Assembly (NCBI GenBank): GCA_032718475.1
Contig: JAUCBJ010005600.1
Location: 87,755-151,754, forward strand
Length of the DNA: 64,000 nt
DNA from: Nemertoderma westbladi
Taxonomy: Eukaryota > Animalia > Xenacoelomorpha
Direction: 5' to 3'
Shown here: one piece after another, positions 12,733 to 26,190 of the stretch
How the letters are laid out: each line of letters begins with the position of its first letter
Numbering within the stretch: the stretch's first letter is position 1
Program-made: the position numbers and the translations under genes
The notes under the pieces: generated by a model
What the model saw: only the letters and a program-made list of their open reading frames with translations
The model's database searches: none
What the model was told of the DNA's origin: nothing

Positions 12733-15455
12733 TGTGTGGTTATATGATAATAACCCAAGATAACAAAGTAATAAAATATCTGTTATTTTATTGAGACTAG
12801 CAGTTATCTCTGATTACTGCCGTACTGCCTTTGTACAGCACTGGACATATCTGTGTCCGTGCTGGAACGCGGGTCCGGAGGGGGTGGCCGTAGACGATTT
12901 GTGCGGGGGATAATCCGGTTTCCCGCGGGATGTTCCTGAGAGCCAGTAGGCCTTCAGCGAACGCTGGAGAGTCGGGGCAGCCGCCAGTCTTGTCGAGAAG
13001 GCCGCTTCGGCATGCCCGTTGCCCTGAGGATACTCAGCAGATGAAGTGACTGGGGTGACACCCCAGTCAGCGAGGAAGCTGACCGTGGCACTGGTTGTAA
13101 GGGGGGTACCGCCATCCGACCGCAGGAGGGTCGGAATCCCATAGCGCGAGAACCACTTTTTTAGGGAGTTAATGGTGTTGGCGGCGGAAGGGGCGCCGGA
13201 GAAGGAATTGAGATCCAGCCACCCACTATATCGGTCAACGAGGGCAATGTAATGGCGACCATTTAGCTGAAAAAGTCGGCCGAGATGTCCTCGAAGATCC
13301 GGGATGGTGGTGGTTCCTCCAGGAAGGTTTCCTTCGGAGGGGTGGCCCTGTATCGAAGGCAGGATGGGCAGCTGGCAACTGATTGGCAGATATCGTTGGT
13401 GAGACCCGGCCAGTAAATACACTGCCGGGCCCGCCGAAGAGATTTATCCATCCCCTGGTGGGGACTATGGAGACGTTCCAGGGTGCTGGCGTGGGCTGCC
13501 GCAGGGATAACGATGCGCTCGCCGTAGAGGATGAGATCGTCATCTGTGGTGAGCTCGTTCCGCAGCGACCAATATGCTCCGACTGCAGGGTCGTTGCGTG
13601 TATGGAGGGGGAATCCATCATGTACTGCAGCATAGAGGGCCATGTATGCGGGATCAGCACGAGCGATTGTGGCGAGATCCTGGAGGATGGGGTCTTCAAG
13701 ATGGTCGAACCCGGAGATGGCGCAAACTGTAGAGAGCGTGATGGAGTGGAGGCAGAAGGATGTCTCGCCGTCATCGATGAGATTGGCGGGTGTCGGCTGA
13801 TCGACGGGGGATCGTGATAGCGCGTCGGGGATGGAGTGAGATTTCCCTTTAACCCAGCTGGTCTGGAAGTTGTATGGGGCCAGCATTCTCCACCTCCGAA
13901 AAGTTTTTCCGGTCGAGGATTGTCAACAGAGGCTGGTGATCCGTTACCAAAGTGAAGATGGGGAGTCCTAGGAGGTAGTTGGGGCACTTTTTGATTGCCC
14001 ATGCGACAGCGAGCAGCTCCAGCTCGACGGTCGCATACCGGGACTCCGTCTGAGAAATGAACCTAGACCCGCACTCAATGAGACGCCAGTCTGTTCCGTG
14101 GCGTTGTAAAAGGGCATAGCCAAGCCCTTTGAGCCTGGAGGCGTCGGTTACTAGTTTTGTTTCGAGGGAAATATCGAAAGGGGCAAGTACTGGGGGTGAA
14201 GTGAGTGCAACCTTTGTGGCCTCAAAGGCTCGTGAGTTCCAGATATATGGAGATTTCGCTGACAATAGCGGGAGCAGAGGCAGGAGCATATGCGATATCT
14301 CGGCGGAGAATGGAGCTAATTGCTCCACCAGTCCAATGAAGGAGCGGAGATCGGTGAGGATCTCAGGGCGGGGGAAGGAGGCGATGGCGGACAGTTTGGT
14401 GGGATCAGCACGGATTCCATCTGCTCCCACGAGGTAGCCCCCAAATTTAACTTGGGATTTGGCGAGCTGGACCTTGTCTGGGTGTAAGCAGATCCCCTTG
14501 GAGCGGCAGCGCTCCAAGAAGTGTTGGATTGATGCCAGGTGTTCCTCCAGGGTGTCGTCATACAGTAGTACATCGTCAACGATTTTCAACATCCTGGGAA
14601 TACCTTCCAGCGCTATGTCGCCCCGGCGATTAAACTCATCTCCAGATGAGATTAAACCCATCACGCTCCGTGTGTGCTTGGACCGCCCCCATGGTTTGAC
14701 AAAGGTAGTTAATAACTGGGATTCAGGATCTAGGGGGACTTGTCAGTAGCCATGGGCGGCGTCAAACACAGAAAAGAACTTCGCAGTTCGGGAAATCTCC
14801 GCGATTTTGAGGCGAGGATTCGGTGTTGGGTAAAAGGGTCGCTCGACTTGAGAATTTAGTCCGCGCAAGTCCATCGCATATTACCCCTCGGGCGGGGCAG
14901 GTTGCTCCTAGATGTTATTCTTGCTAACAGTTGCCGCAATTGCGGGCGCGATACCGATCCCTTTTGGATGTATTAAATCTAGGAGCTGGTACCGGGGTAG
15001 AGGGTTGGCCGGAAGACCTTCCGGGATGTTGGTTTCCGGCATTTGGGCGCGACATTGGAGAGCGCCCCCCCCCCCCCCCCCCCCCACTGCCTGTACTGGG
15101 AGATCTTCCCAACGGAGCGGCAGCTACCCAGTACTTGCGTATTCTTTGCACTGGACTCGTAGTTCTGACATAGAGTTCGAGTTTCCTCCAGAGTGGGTCT
15201 GGGGAGTATTTTCAGCAGATCTTGCTGGGTTTCGTAGACGGAAAAAGTCGTAGTCGATTTACTCCACGTTCCGACGGATAGCCGCGGTTAAACGCGTGTG
15301 CGAGGGTCGCAGGTAGGCAGTATACCGGTAACTCGCAGCGCCATGTTGGACATATCTGTGTCCAACGACCTAATCAAGCTAACTATATCAGTATATCTTT
15401 TAACACCACCACCAACATAGTTCCGTACTGTATGTTATCTACGGGAACTACCACA
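12733..15455 (-). mobile_element. Internally deleted, degenerate Ty3/Gypsy (Mag-like) LTR retrotransposon
   Basis: Minus-strand order: PBS-like TGGCGCTGCGAG (15343-15332), gag knuckle remnant (CGNC..H....CPARG), RT (MGLISSGDEF...IVDDVLLY), RNase H (TDAS...GYAL...YATVELELLA...TDHQPL), integrase (HSPHQG...YWPG...CPSC; LVDRYSGW...SDGG...NGHAE). Frameshifts and stops present, no protease seen. TG...CA ends flanked by ACTGC on both sides. Confidence 0.9.
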
Positions 15456-15710
15456 ACTGCCAACTAACTTCCCAACTAACTGCCAACTAACTTCCCAACT
15501 AACTGCCAACTAACGGCTAACTAACTGCCAACAAACTTCCCAACTAACTGCCAACTAACTTCCCAACTAACTGCCAACTAACTTCCCAGCTAACTGCAAA
15601 CTAACTTCCCAACTAACTGCCAACCAACTGCCAACTAACTGCCAAATAACTGCCAACTAACTGCCAACTAACTTCCCAACTAACTGCCAACTAACTGCCA
15701 ACTAACTGCA
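15456..15710. repeat. 11/12-bp minisatellite, right part
   Basis: Same ccaactaact(g/tc) units as 12044-12732. Confidence 0.95.
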
Positions 15711-15727
15711 GTCTTCTGATGCCAATA

Positions 15728-17339
15728 CTACTACTACTACTACTAGGTCGAGCGAACTCGGACAGTGGAAATGAGATCCTTCCAGGCTTCCCGATTCTCC
15801 ATAGTTGTCGCAATTTCGTTTCTCCTAAGTTTAGTATCCCTTTCAAGTTGATCTATATATGTTATGGCCGGTCGTCCACGACTACGCTTTCCATGAGTTG
15901 GTTGCCAGAAAAGTAGATCTGGTATGACCTCGTCTTTACTTCGCCAGAAGTGCCCACTGAATCTTAATCTGCGTTCACGGAGGGTGGTTGATACAGGTGG
16001 TATTGTACCATAAAGCTCGGCGTTTGTCATGTGTTGTCTCCAGCTGATGTTTAGGGCTGCCCTTAGTAGTCTTGTGTAGAACCATCAATTCGTTGTTCAA
16101 GTGATTTAGTCAGTGTCCAGGTCTCACCCCCATATAAAAATACACTTTCCACTGTGGCTCGAAAGAACTTAGTCTTCAGGTGCCTGGAGAGATCTGATTT
16201 CCAGATGGTATCCATTTTTGATAGAGCTACCCAAGCCTTTGCTTTCCTAACTTCTATGTCCTTTTTGCTACTCTCTATCCATGATCCAAGGTACTGGAAG
16301 TCATCGACCTTCCTTAGTTGATTATTATCAATGGTTGTCAAGTTTCCATCAAAATTAAAGGTCATGAATTCGGTCTTTGTAGCATTTATATGCAATCCAA
16401 CCTCCTTAGCAGCCCTCTCCACTTTATTTAGTAGAAGCTGTGCATCTGCTAGGGTATTAGAGAGCAGGGCGATGTCATACGCAAAGTCGGTGTCTGTGAC
16501 TGTAGTTGCCGGATATCTACTACTTGTGCGTTCTTGAAGTGTGAATCCCAGGTCTTCACCCTTTGTGGCCGTCCTCATTGCGTAATCCAGCACAATTACA
16601 AATAGTAATGGTGCTAATGTGTCACCTTGCAGTACGCCAGCTAGGATTGAGAAAAACTCAGTATCACCATCTGGTGAGAGTACCTGCACTTCTGTGTCAC
16701 AATATAACAATCCAATGCCAGCAACAATTACTTCTGGTATTCCATAAGCTCTTAGGATTTCAAGCATTTTACCTCTATGGATGGAGTCGAATGCCTTCTT
16801 GAAGTCCACAAAAGTCATGACAGCGGGGAGATTCTTTGACTTAATTCCTTCAATCAGTCTCGGTAGTGCAAGCTTCTGAGCTATTGTTGATCTACTTGGT
16901 CGAAATCCGTTTTGGCTCTTACGCAGTAGTTTCTCTATGTGAGGCCTAATCCTATATAGAATCATTTTATTGTATATTTTGGCAGCTACCACAAGCAGAC
17001 AGATCCCACGATAGTTTGTTGGTATGCCGAGGTCTCCTTTCTTGGGGAGAGGCTTTAGTTGACCTTTAGTCCAAATTGGTGGTGGCTTTTTCCCTTTTAA
17101 CATCCGGTTGCAAACATTCAATAATGGTCTGTTTAGCACTCCGGTTTTTCTGGGATTTCATCTAATCCACTCGCTTTATTATTGGACATGCTTTTAATGC
17201 TTCTTTGGAGTTCAGCAGGTGTGAAGTCCCCTGTTTCTATAGGTAGTGTCTTGTCATATATTTTCCTTGTAGGGCTGAGCTCGATGTTTGGTGGCTGCCC
17301 AAGCAAGTTGCTGAAGTGATTTTTCCACTTCCCAACACG
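15728..17339 (-). mobile_element. 5'-truncated RTE-clade LINE with (TAG)n tail and 13-bp TSD
   Basis: RT ORF 16063-17139 (NYRGI, QNGFR, FVDFKKAFDS, GVLQGDTLAPLLF, DFAYD in place of FADD, FQYLGS), frameshifted C-terminus (RRLRFSGH...GKRSRGRP), (cta)n at 15728-15745. TSD tctgatgccaata at 15715-15727 and 17340-17352. Confidence 0.92.
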
Positions 17340-17794
17340 TCTGATGCCAATATCAGAGTAAATATGCCAATATCAGAATTCTCGAGTAGAGAAATATTAT
17401 CGCAAGCGAAAAAATATATTACAAAATTGATTATTTGATTTGTCTTTTTAATATTTGATTAAATAATTTAAACAACATCGCGTGTGTCCATAAAATATCT
17501 AATCAAATAATCTATCGGCTAGCATATCGCTGTGTCTGATGATTGGGAAGGTCTACTTGGTCAAGTAAAATGATACTTGGCTACTTTAGTGAATTCATAC
17601 CGCGTAAAGTAATGCTACACAGTAATGGTAATGTAATGGCAATGTAATGGGTAGCAGTTATTTATCGAATTGTTAATATCAATACTGTGGGTGTCGGTTG
17701 CCGATCTTTTATTATAAATTTATTTTCAACCAGTAAAAGGTCTTTGCTGGTAGGGCCTACAGCTTGTTATGTGTTGTTATAATATAAGTCATTA

Positions 17795-19160
17795 TCTACC
17801 GACTATACCACATGATCCAACCGCAGACCTGGATAGACACATCACTGTAACTGAGGTTGAAGAGGCGATTGCCCAGCAGAAGTTACGAAAGGCAGCTGGT
17901 CCTGATGGTGTTTATAATGAATCACTGAAGTCGGGGATGAGTTGTCTTTTACCATTTCTAATGAGCTGTTCTCTCTTTGTTTTACGACTTCGTCTTGCCC
18001 TGTTGTCACTAAATCGTCACCAGATTCTTACAGAGGTATCGCGTTATTTTCCTGTTTGTTGATAACCTACTCCTACTTCCTCGCTAAGAGACTCTATTGC
18101 TGGGCTGAACGATTCAACAAACTCCCAAACGAAGAGTATGGCTTCCGAAAGGGAAGGTCAACACTCATGGCCGCTAAAACTCTGTACTTCTACATTAACT
18201 CTGCTCTATCGACACAAGGAGGCAAATTATATTGTGTCTTCATTGACTTCTCCAAAGCGTTCAACTCAGTTAATCGGGAATATTTATGTTCTAAATTATC
18301 ACTGCTCGGAGTTTGCCGAAAGTTCATGGATGCAATCTGGGAGTTAATAGCAATAAATTATATTCGCCTCTGTGTTGGAACAATTCTCTCCGATCCCATC
18401 ACTCAGCTGATCGGTGTTATCCAAGGTGACCAGCTTTCACCATTGTTGTTCAGCCTGTTTATATGTGATCTCCCGGCCATATTCGTTGATATTAGCGTTC
18501 ATATCTTGTTATACGCTGATGACCTCGCTATCTATGGTAACTCAATTCAGGAGGTTCAATCTGTGTTAAACAAACTTGCAGAGTATTGTGACAAAACTGA
18601 CCTCGTTGTTAACCTGCTTAAGACAAAAGCTATAAAATTCCGCCGTGGAGGCCGTCTCTCCCAGTATGATAAACTCTTCTACCAGGCCCAGCCAGTAGAA
18701 TTAGTGAATAAGTTTACCTGGGAATTGTCTTTACCACAAGGAATATCGACTCGGGTCACAACATGCACTTATACAGCCGAGCTATAGCATCAGTAATGCG
18801 ACTATCAACAAACTCTGACTAATATGAGTGCAATATTGCTCGTCTCACCACACAAACTGTGGAATCTCGTAGTTTTCCCCGCGGTCACGTATGGCTGTTC
18901 TGTGTTCAAAAACAACAATTTAACACGGGAGCATCTGTTTCAACTTCCACATGTCATACAAGTCCAGGGCCTATTCTACAAAGTCTGGTGTGGAGTTGCG
19001 AAATATGCATCAACAACAAACATACTTCATGCAGCAGGCAACCCCGGGCACTCCCAGTTAGACTTAAGGGAAACCTAGGAGAAACCTCGAGGGAAAATGT
19101 AGAATGGCAGCCCAATTCTTATCTAACGGCTTCCAACACAAGGTTTGTTCGGCAAACTGC
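17795..19160 (+). mobile_element. Degenerate non-LTR retrotransposon RT region (RTEX-like), same group as 31630-33470
   Basis: Frameshifted fragments KAAGPDGV, SYRGIAL, YGFRKGRST, FIDFSKAF, GVIQGDQLSPLLF, YADD, KFRRGGRL, WCGVAKYAST, AAQFLSNG...HKVC, all colinear with ORF 31542-33227. Confidence 0.9.
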
Positions 19161-22100
19161 TGGCGGCCGTCTGAATCCTGTTTGTGCCGTCTCTGTGGCG
19201 ACAACGCCTGCTGGCGGCCGTCTGAATCCTGTTTGTGCCGTCGATGTGGCGTCAACGCCTACTGGCGGCCGTCTGAATCCTATTTGTGCCGTCTCTGTGG
19301 CGTCAACGCCTACTGGCAGCCGTCTGAATCCTATTTGTGCCGTCTCTGTGGCGTCAACACATGCTGGCGGCCGTCTGAATCCTGTTTGTGCCGTCTCTGT
19401 GGCGACAACGCCTGCTGGCGGCCGTCTGAATCCTGTTTGTGCCGTCTCTGTGGCGTCAACGCCTACTGGCGGCTGTCTGAATCCTATTTGTGCCGTCTCT
19501 GTGGCGTCAACGCATGCTGGCGGCCGTCTGAATCCTGTTTGTGCCCTCTCTGTGGCGACAACGCCTGTTGGCGCCCGTAAAATCCTGTTTGTGCCCTCTC
19601 TGTGGCGACAACGCCTGCTGGCGGCGGTCTGAATCCTGTTTGTGCCGTCTCTGTGGCGTCAACGCCTGCTGGCGGCCGTCTGAATCCTGTTTGTGCCATC
19701 TCTGTGGCGTCAATGCCTAGTGGCGGGCGACTGAATCATGTTTGTGCCGTCTCTGTGGCGACAACGCCTGCTGGCGACCGTCTGAATCCTGTTTGTGCCG
19801 TCACTATGGTGTCAACGCCTGCTGGCGGACATCTGAATCCTGTTTGTTCAGTCTCTGTGGCGTCAACGCCTGCTGGCGGGAGTCTGAATCCTGTTTGTGC
19901 CGTCTCTGTGGCGTCAACGCCTGCTGGCAGCCATCTGAATCCTGTTTGTGCCGTCTCTGTGGCGTCAACGCCTGCTGGCGGCCGTCTGAATACTGTTTGT
20001 GCCGTCTCTGTGGCGTCAACGCCTGCTGGCGGCCGTCTGAATCCTGTTTGTGCCGTCTCTGTGGCGACAACGCCTGCTGGAGGCCGTCTGAATCCTGTTT
20101 GTGCCGTCTCTGTGGCGACAACGCCTGCTGGCGGCTGTCTGAATCCTGTTTGTGCCGTCTCTGTGGCGTCAACGCCTGCTGGCAGCCGTCTGAATCCTGT
20201 TTGTGCCGTCTCTGTGGCGTCAACGCCTGATGGCGGCCGTCTGAATCCTGTTTGTGCCGTCTCTGTGGCGCCAACGCCTGCTGGAGGCCGTCTGAATCCT
20301 GTTTGTGCCGTCTCTGTGGCGAAAACGCCTGCTGGCGACCGTCTGAATCCTGTTTGTGCCGTCTCTGTGGCGACAACGCCTGCTGGTGGCCATCTGAATC
20401 CTGTTTGTGCCGTCTCTGTGGCATCAACGCCAGCTGGCGGCCATCTGAATCCTGTTTGTGCCGTCTCTGTGGCAACAACACCTACTGGCGTCCGTCTGAA
20501 TCCTGTTTGTGCCGTCTCTATGGCGACAACGCCTGCTGGCGGCTGTCTGAATCCTGTTTGTGCCATCTCTGTGGCATCAACGCCTGCTGGCGGCCGCCTG
20601 AATCCTGTTTGTGCCGTCTCTGTGGCGACAACGCCTACTGGCGTCCGTCTGAATCCTGTTTGTGCCGTCTCTGTGGCGACAACGCCTGCTGGCGGCCGCC
20701 TGAATCCTGTTTGTGCCATCTCTGTGGCGTCAACGCCTGCTGGCGGCCGTCTGAATCCTGTTTGTGACGTCTCTGTGGCGTCAACGCCTGCTGGCGGCCG
20801 TCTGAATCCTGTTTGTGCCCTCTCTGTGGCGACAACGCCTGTTGGCGCCCGTAAAATCCTGTTTGTGCCCTCTCTGTGGCGACAACGCCTGCTGGCGGCG
20901 GTCTGAATCCTGTTTGTGCCGTCTCTGTGGCGTCAACGCCTGCTGGCGGCCGTCTGAATCCTGTTTGTGCCATCTCTGTGGCGTCAATGCCTAGTGGCGG
21001 GCGACTGAATCATGTTTGTGCCGTCTCTGTGGCGACAACGCCTGCTGGCGACCGTCTGAATCCTGTTTGTGCCGTCACTATGGTGTCAACGCCTGCTGGC
21101 GGACATCTGAATCCTGTTTGTTCAGTCTCTGTGGCGTCAACGCCTGCTGGCGGGAGTCTGAATCCTGTTTGTGCCGTCTCTGTGGCGTCAACGCCTGCTG
21201 GCAGCCATCTGAATCCTGTTTGTGCCGTCTCTGTGGCGTCAACGCCTGCTGGCGGCCGTCTGAATACTGTTTGTGCCGTCTCTGTGGCGTCAACGCCTGC
21301 TGGCGGCCGTCTGAATCCTGTTTGTGCCGTCTCTGTGGCGACAACGCCTGCTGGAGGCCGTCTGAATCCTGTTTGTGCCGTCTCTGTGGCGACAACGCCT
21401 GCTGGCGGCTGTCTGAATCCTGTTTGTGCCGTCTCTGTGGCGTCAACGCCTGCTGGCAGCCGTCTGAATCCTGTTTGTGCCGTCTCTGTGGCGTCAACGC
21501 CTGATGGCGGCCGTCTGAATCCTGTTTGTGCCGTCTCTGTGGCGCCAACGCCTGCTGGAGGCCGTCTGAATCCTGTTTGTGCCGTCTCTGTGGCGAAAAC
21601 GCCTGCTGGCGACCGTCTGAATCCTGTTTGTGCCGTCTCTGTGGCGACAACGCCTGCTGGTGGCCATCTGAATCCTGTTTGTGCCGTCTCTGTGGCATCA
21701 ACGCCAGCTGGCGGCCATCTGAATCCTGTTTGTGCCGTCTCTGTGGCAACAACACCTACTGGCGTCCGTCTGAATCCTGTTTGTGCCGTCTCTATGGCGA
21801 CAACGCCTGCTGGCGGCTGTCTGAATCCTGTTTGTGCCATCTCTGTGGCATCAACGCCTGCTGGCGGCCGCCTGAATCCTGTTTGTGCTGTCTCTGTGGC
21901 GACAACGCCTACTGGCGTCCGTCTGAATCCTGTTTGTGCCGTCTCTGTGGCGACAACGCCTGCTGGCGGCCGCCTGAATCCTGTTTGTGCCGTCTCTGTG
22001 GCGTCAACGCCTGCTGGCGGCCGTCTGAATCCTGTTTGTGACGTCTCTGTGGCGTCAACGCCTGCTGGCGGCCGTCTGAATCCTGTTTGTGCCGTCTCTG

Positions 22101-25100
22101 TGGCGACAACGCCTGCTGGCGGCCGTCTGAATCCTGTTTGTGCCGTCTCTGTGGCGACAACGCCTGCTGGCGGCCGTCTGAATCCTGTTTGTGCCGTCTC
22201 TGTGGCGTCAACGCCTGCTGGCGGCCATCTGAATCCTGTTTGCGCCATCTCTGTGGCGACAACGCCTGCTGGCGGCCGTCTGAATCCTGTTTGTGACGTC
22301 TCTGTGGCGACAACGCCTGCTGGAGGCCGTCTGAATCCTGTTTGTGCCGTCTCTGTGGCGATAACGCCTGCTGGCGGCCATCTGAATCCTGTTTGTGCCG
22401 TCTCTGTGGCGACAACGCCTGCTGGCGGCCGTCTGAATCCTGTTTGTGCCGTCTCTGTGGCGCCAACGCCTGCTGGAGGCCGTCTGAATTCTGTTTGTGC
22501 CGTCTCTGTGGCGAAAACGCCTGCTGGCGACCGTCTGAATCCTGTTTGTGCCGTCTCTGTGGCGACAACGCCTGCTGGTGGCCATCTGAATCCTGTTTGT
22601 GCCGTCTCTGTGGCATCAACGCCAGCAGGCGGCCATCTGAATCCTGTTTGTGCCGTCTCTGTGGCAACAACACCTACTGGCGTCCGTCTGAATCCTGTTT
22701 GTGCCGTCTCTATGGCGACAACGCCTGCTGGCGGCTGTCTGAATCCTGTTTGTGCCATCTCTGTGGCATCAACGCCTGCTGGCGGCCGCCTGAATCCTGT
22801 TTGTGCCGTCTCTGTGGCGACAACGCCTACTGGCGTCCGTCTGAATCCTGTTTGTGCCGTCTCTGTGGCGACAACGCCTGCTGGCGGCCGCCTGAATCCT
22901 GTTTGTGCCGTCTCTGTGGCGTCAACGCCTGCTGGCGGCCGTCTGAATCCTGTTTGTGACGTCTCTGTGGCGTCAACGCCTGCTGGCGGCCGTCTGAATC
23001 CTGTTTGTGCCGTCTCTGTGGCGACAACGCCTGCTGGCGGCCGTCTGAATCCTGTTTGTGCCGTCTCTGTGGCGACAACGCCTGCTGGCGGCCGTCTGAA
23101 TCCTGTTTGTGCCGTCTCTGTGGCGTCAACGCCTGCTGGCGGCCATCTGAATCCTGTTTGCGCCATCTCTGTGGCGACAACGCCTGCTGGCGGCCGTCTG
23201 AATCCTGTTTGTGACGTCTCTGTGGCGACAACGCCTGCTGGAGGCCGTCTGAATCCTGTTTGTGCCGTCTCTGTGGCGATAACGCCTGCTGGCGGCCATC
23301 TGAATCCTGTTTGTGCCGTCTCTGTGGCGTCAACGCCTGCTGGCGGCCGTCTGAATCCTGTTTGTGCCGTCTCTGTGGCGACAATGCCTGCTGGTGGCCG
23401 TCTGAATTCTGTTTGTGCCGTCTCTGTGGCGACAACGCCTGCTGGCGGCCGTCTGAATCCTGTTTGTGCCGTCTCTGTGGCGACAACGTCTGCTGGCGGC
23501 CGTCTGAATCCTGTTTGTGCCGTCTCTGTGGCGACAACGCCTGCTGGCGGCCGTCTGAATCCTGTTTGTGCCGTCTCTGTGGCGTCAACGCCTGCTGACG
23601 GCCGTCTGAATCCTGTTTGTGCCGTCTCTGTGGCGACAACGCCTGCTGGCGGCCGTCTGAATCCTGTTTGTGCCGTCTCTGTGGCGTCAACGCCTGCTGG
23701 CGGCCGTCTGAATCCTGTTTGTGACGTCTCTGTGGAGACAACGCCTGCTGGCGGCCGTCTGAATTCTGTTTGTGCCGTCTCTGTGGCGACAACGCCTGCT
23801 GGCGGCCGTCTGAATCCTGTTTGTGCCGTCTCTGTGGCGACAACGCCTGCTGGCGGCCGTCTGAATCCTGTTTGTACCGTCTCTGTGGCGTTAACGCCTG
23901 CTGACGGCCGTCTGAATCCTGTTTGTGCCGTCTCTGTGGCGACAACGCCTATTGGCGGCCGTCTGAATCCTGTTTGTGCCGTCTCTGTGGCGTCAAAGCC
24001 TGCTGGCGGCCGTCTTAATCCTGTTTTTGCTGTCTCTGTGGCGTCAACGCCTGCTGGAGGCCGTCTGAATCCTGTTTGTGCCGTCTCTGTGGCGACAACG
24101 CCTGCTGGCGGCCGTCTGAATCCTGTTTGTGCCGTCTCTGTGGCGACAAAGCATGCTGGCGGCCGTCTGAATCCTGTTTGTGCCGTCTCTGTGGCGACAA
24201 CGCCTGCTGGAGGCCGTCTGAATCCTGTTTGTGCCGTCTCTATGGCGATAACGCCTGCTGGCGGCCGTCTGAATCCTGTTTGTGCCGTCTCTGTGGCGAC
24301 AACGCCTGCTGGCAGCCGTCTGAATCCTGTTTGTGCCGTCTCTGTGGCGACAACGCCTGCTGGCGGCCGTCTGAATCCTGTTTGTGCCGTCTCTGTGGCG
24401 TCAATGCCTGCTGGAGGCCGCCTGAATCCTGTTTGTGCCGTCTCTGTGGCGACAACGCCTGCTGGCGGCAGTCTGAATCCTGTTTGTGCCGTCTCTGTGG
24501 CGACAACGCCTGCTGGCGGCCGTCTGAATCCTGTTTGTGCTGTCTCTGTGGCGTCAACGCCAGATGGCGGCCGTCTGAATCTTGTTTGTGCCGTCTCTGT
24601 GGCGTCAACGCCTGCTGGCGGCCGTCTGAATCCTGTTTGTGCCGTCTCTGTGGCGACAACGCCTGCTTGCGGCCGTCTGAATCCTGTTTGTGCCGTCTCT
24701 ATGGCGACAACGCCTGCTGGCGGCCGTCTGAATCCTGTTTGTACCGTCTCTGTGGCCATAACGCCTGCTTGCGGCCGTCTGAATCTGTTTGTGCCGTCTC
24801 TGTGGCGTCAACGCCTGCTGGCGGCCGTCTGAATCCTGTTTGTGCCGTCTCTGTGGCGTCAACGCCTGCTGGCGGCCGTCTGAATCCTGTTTGTGCCGTC
24901 TCTGTGGCGTCAATGCCTGCTGGAGGCCGCCTGAATCCTGTTTGTGCCGTCTCTGTGGCGACAACGCCTGCTGGCGGCCGTCTGAATCCTGTTTGTGCCG
25001 TCTCTGTGGCGACAACGCCTGCTGGCGGCCGTCTGAATCCTGTTTGTGCCGTCTCTGTGGCGTCAACGCCAGCTGGCGGCCGTCTGAATCCTGTTTGTGC

Positions 25101-26190
25101 CGTCTCTGTGGCGTCAACGCCTGCTGGCGGCCGTCTGAATCCTGTTTGTTCCGTCTCTATGGCGACAACGCCTGCTTGCGGCCGTCTGAATCCTGTTTGT
25201 GCCGTCTCTATGGCGACAACGCCTGCTGGCGGCCGTCTGAATCCTGTTTGTGCCGTCTCTGTGGCGTCAAAGCCTGCTGGCGGCCGTCTTAATCCTGTTT
25301 TTGCTGTCTCTGTGGCGTCAACGCCTGTTGGCGGCCGTCTGAATCCTGTTTGTGCCGTCTCTGTGGCGTCAACGCCTGCTGGCGGCCGTCTGAATCCTGT
25401 TTGTGCCGTCTCTGTGGCGACAAAGCATGCTGGCGGCCGTCTGAATCCTGTTTGTGCCGTCTCTGTGGCGTCAATGCCTGCTGGAGGCCGCCTGAATCCT
25501 GTTTGTGCCGTCTCTGTGGCGACAACGCCTGCTGGCGGCCGTCTGAATCCTGTTTGTGCCGTCTCTGTGGCGACAACGCCTGCTGGCGGCCGTCTGAATC
25601 CTGTTTGTGCCGTCTCTGTGGCGTTAACGCCAGCTGGCGGCCGTCTGAATCCTGTTTGTGCCGTCTCTGTGGCGTCAACGCCTGCTGGCGGCCGTCTGAA
25701 TCCTGTTTGTGCCGTATCTGTGGCGACAACGCCTGCTTGCGGCCGTCTGAATCCTGTTTGTGCCGTCTCTATGGCGACAACGCCTGCTGGCGGCCGTCTG
25801 AATCCTGTTTGTGCCGTGTCTGTGGCGATAACGCCTGCTTGCGGCCGTCTGAATCTGTTTGTGCCGTCTCTGTGGCGTCAACGCCTGCTGGCGGCCGTCT
25901 GAATCCTGTTTGTGCCGTCTCTGTGGCGTCAACGCCTGCTGGCGGCCGTCTGAATCTTGTTTGTTCCGTCTCTGTGGCGTCAACGCCTGCTGGCGGCCGT
26001 CTGAATCCTGTTTGTGCCGTCTCTGTGGCGTCAACGCCTGCTGGAGGCCGTCTGAATCCTGTTTGTGCCGTCTCTGTGGCGACAACGCCTGCTGGCGACC
26101 GTCTGAATCCTGTTTGTGCCGTCTCTGTGGCGTCAACGCCTGCTGGTGGCCGCCTGAATCCTGTTTGTGCCGTCTCTGTGGCGACAACGT
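19157..26190. repeat. Tandem satellite, 51-bp unit, ~138 copies, derived from the LINE C-terminal Cys-rich segment
   Basis: Unit ctgctggcggccgtctgaatcctgtttgtgccgtctctgtggcg(a/t)caacgc. In the LINE frame it reads CWRPSESCLCRLCGDNA, matching single-copy CWRPTPTCVCRLCDDQA at ~33086-33136. Confidence 0.97.
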
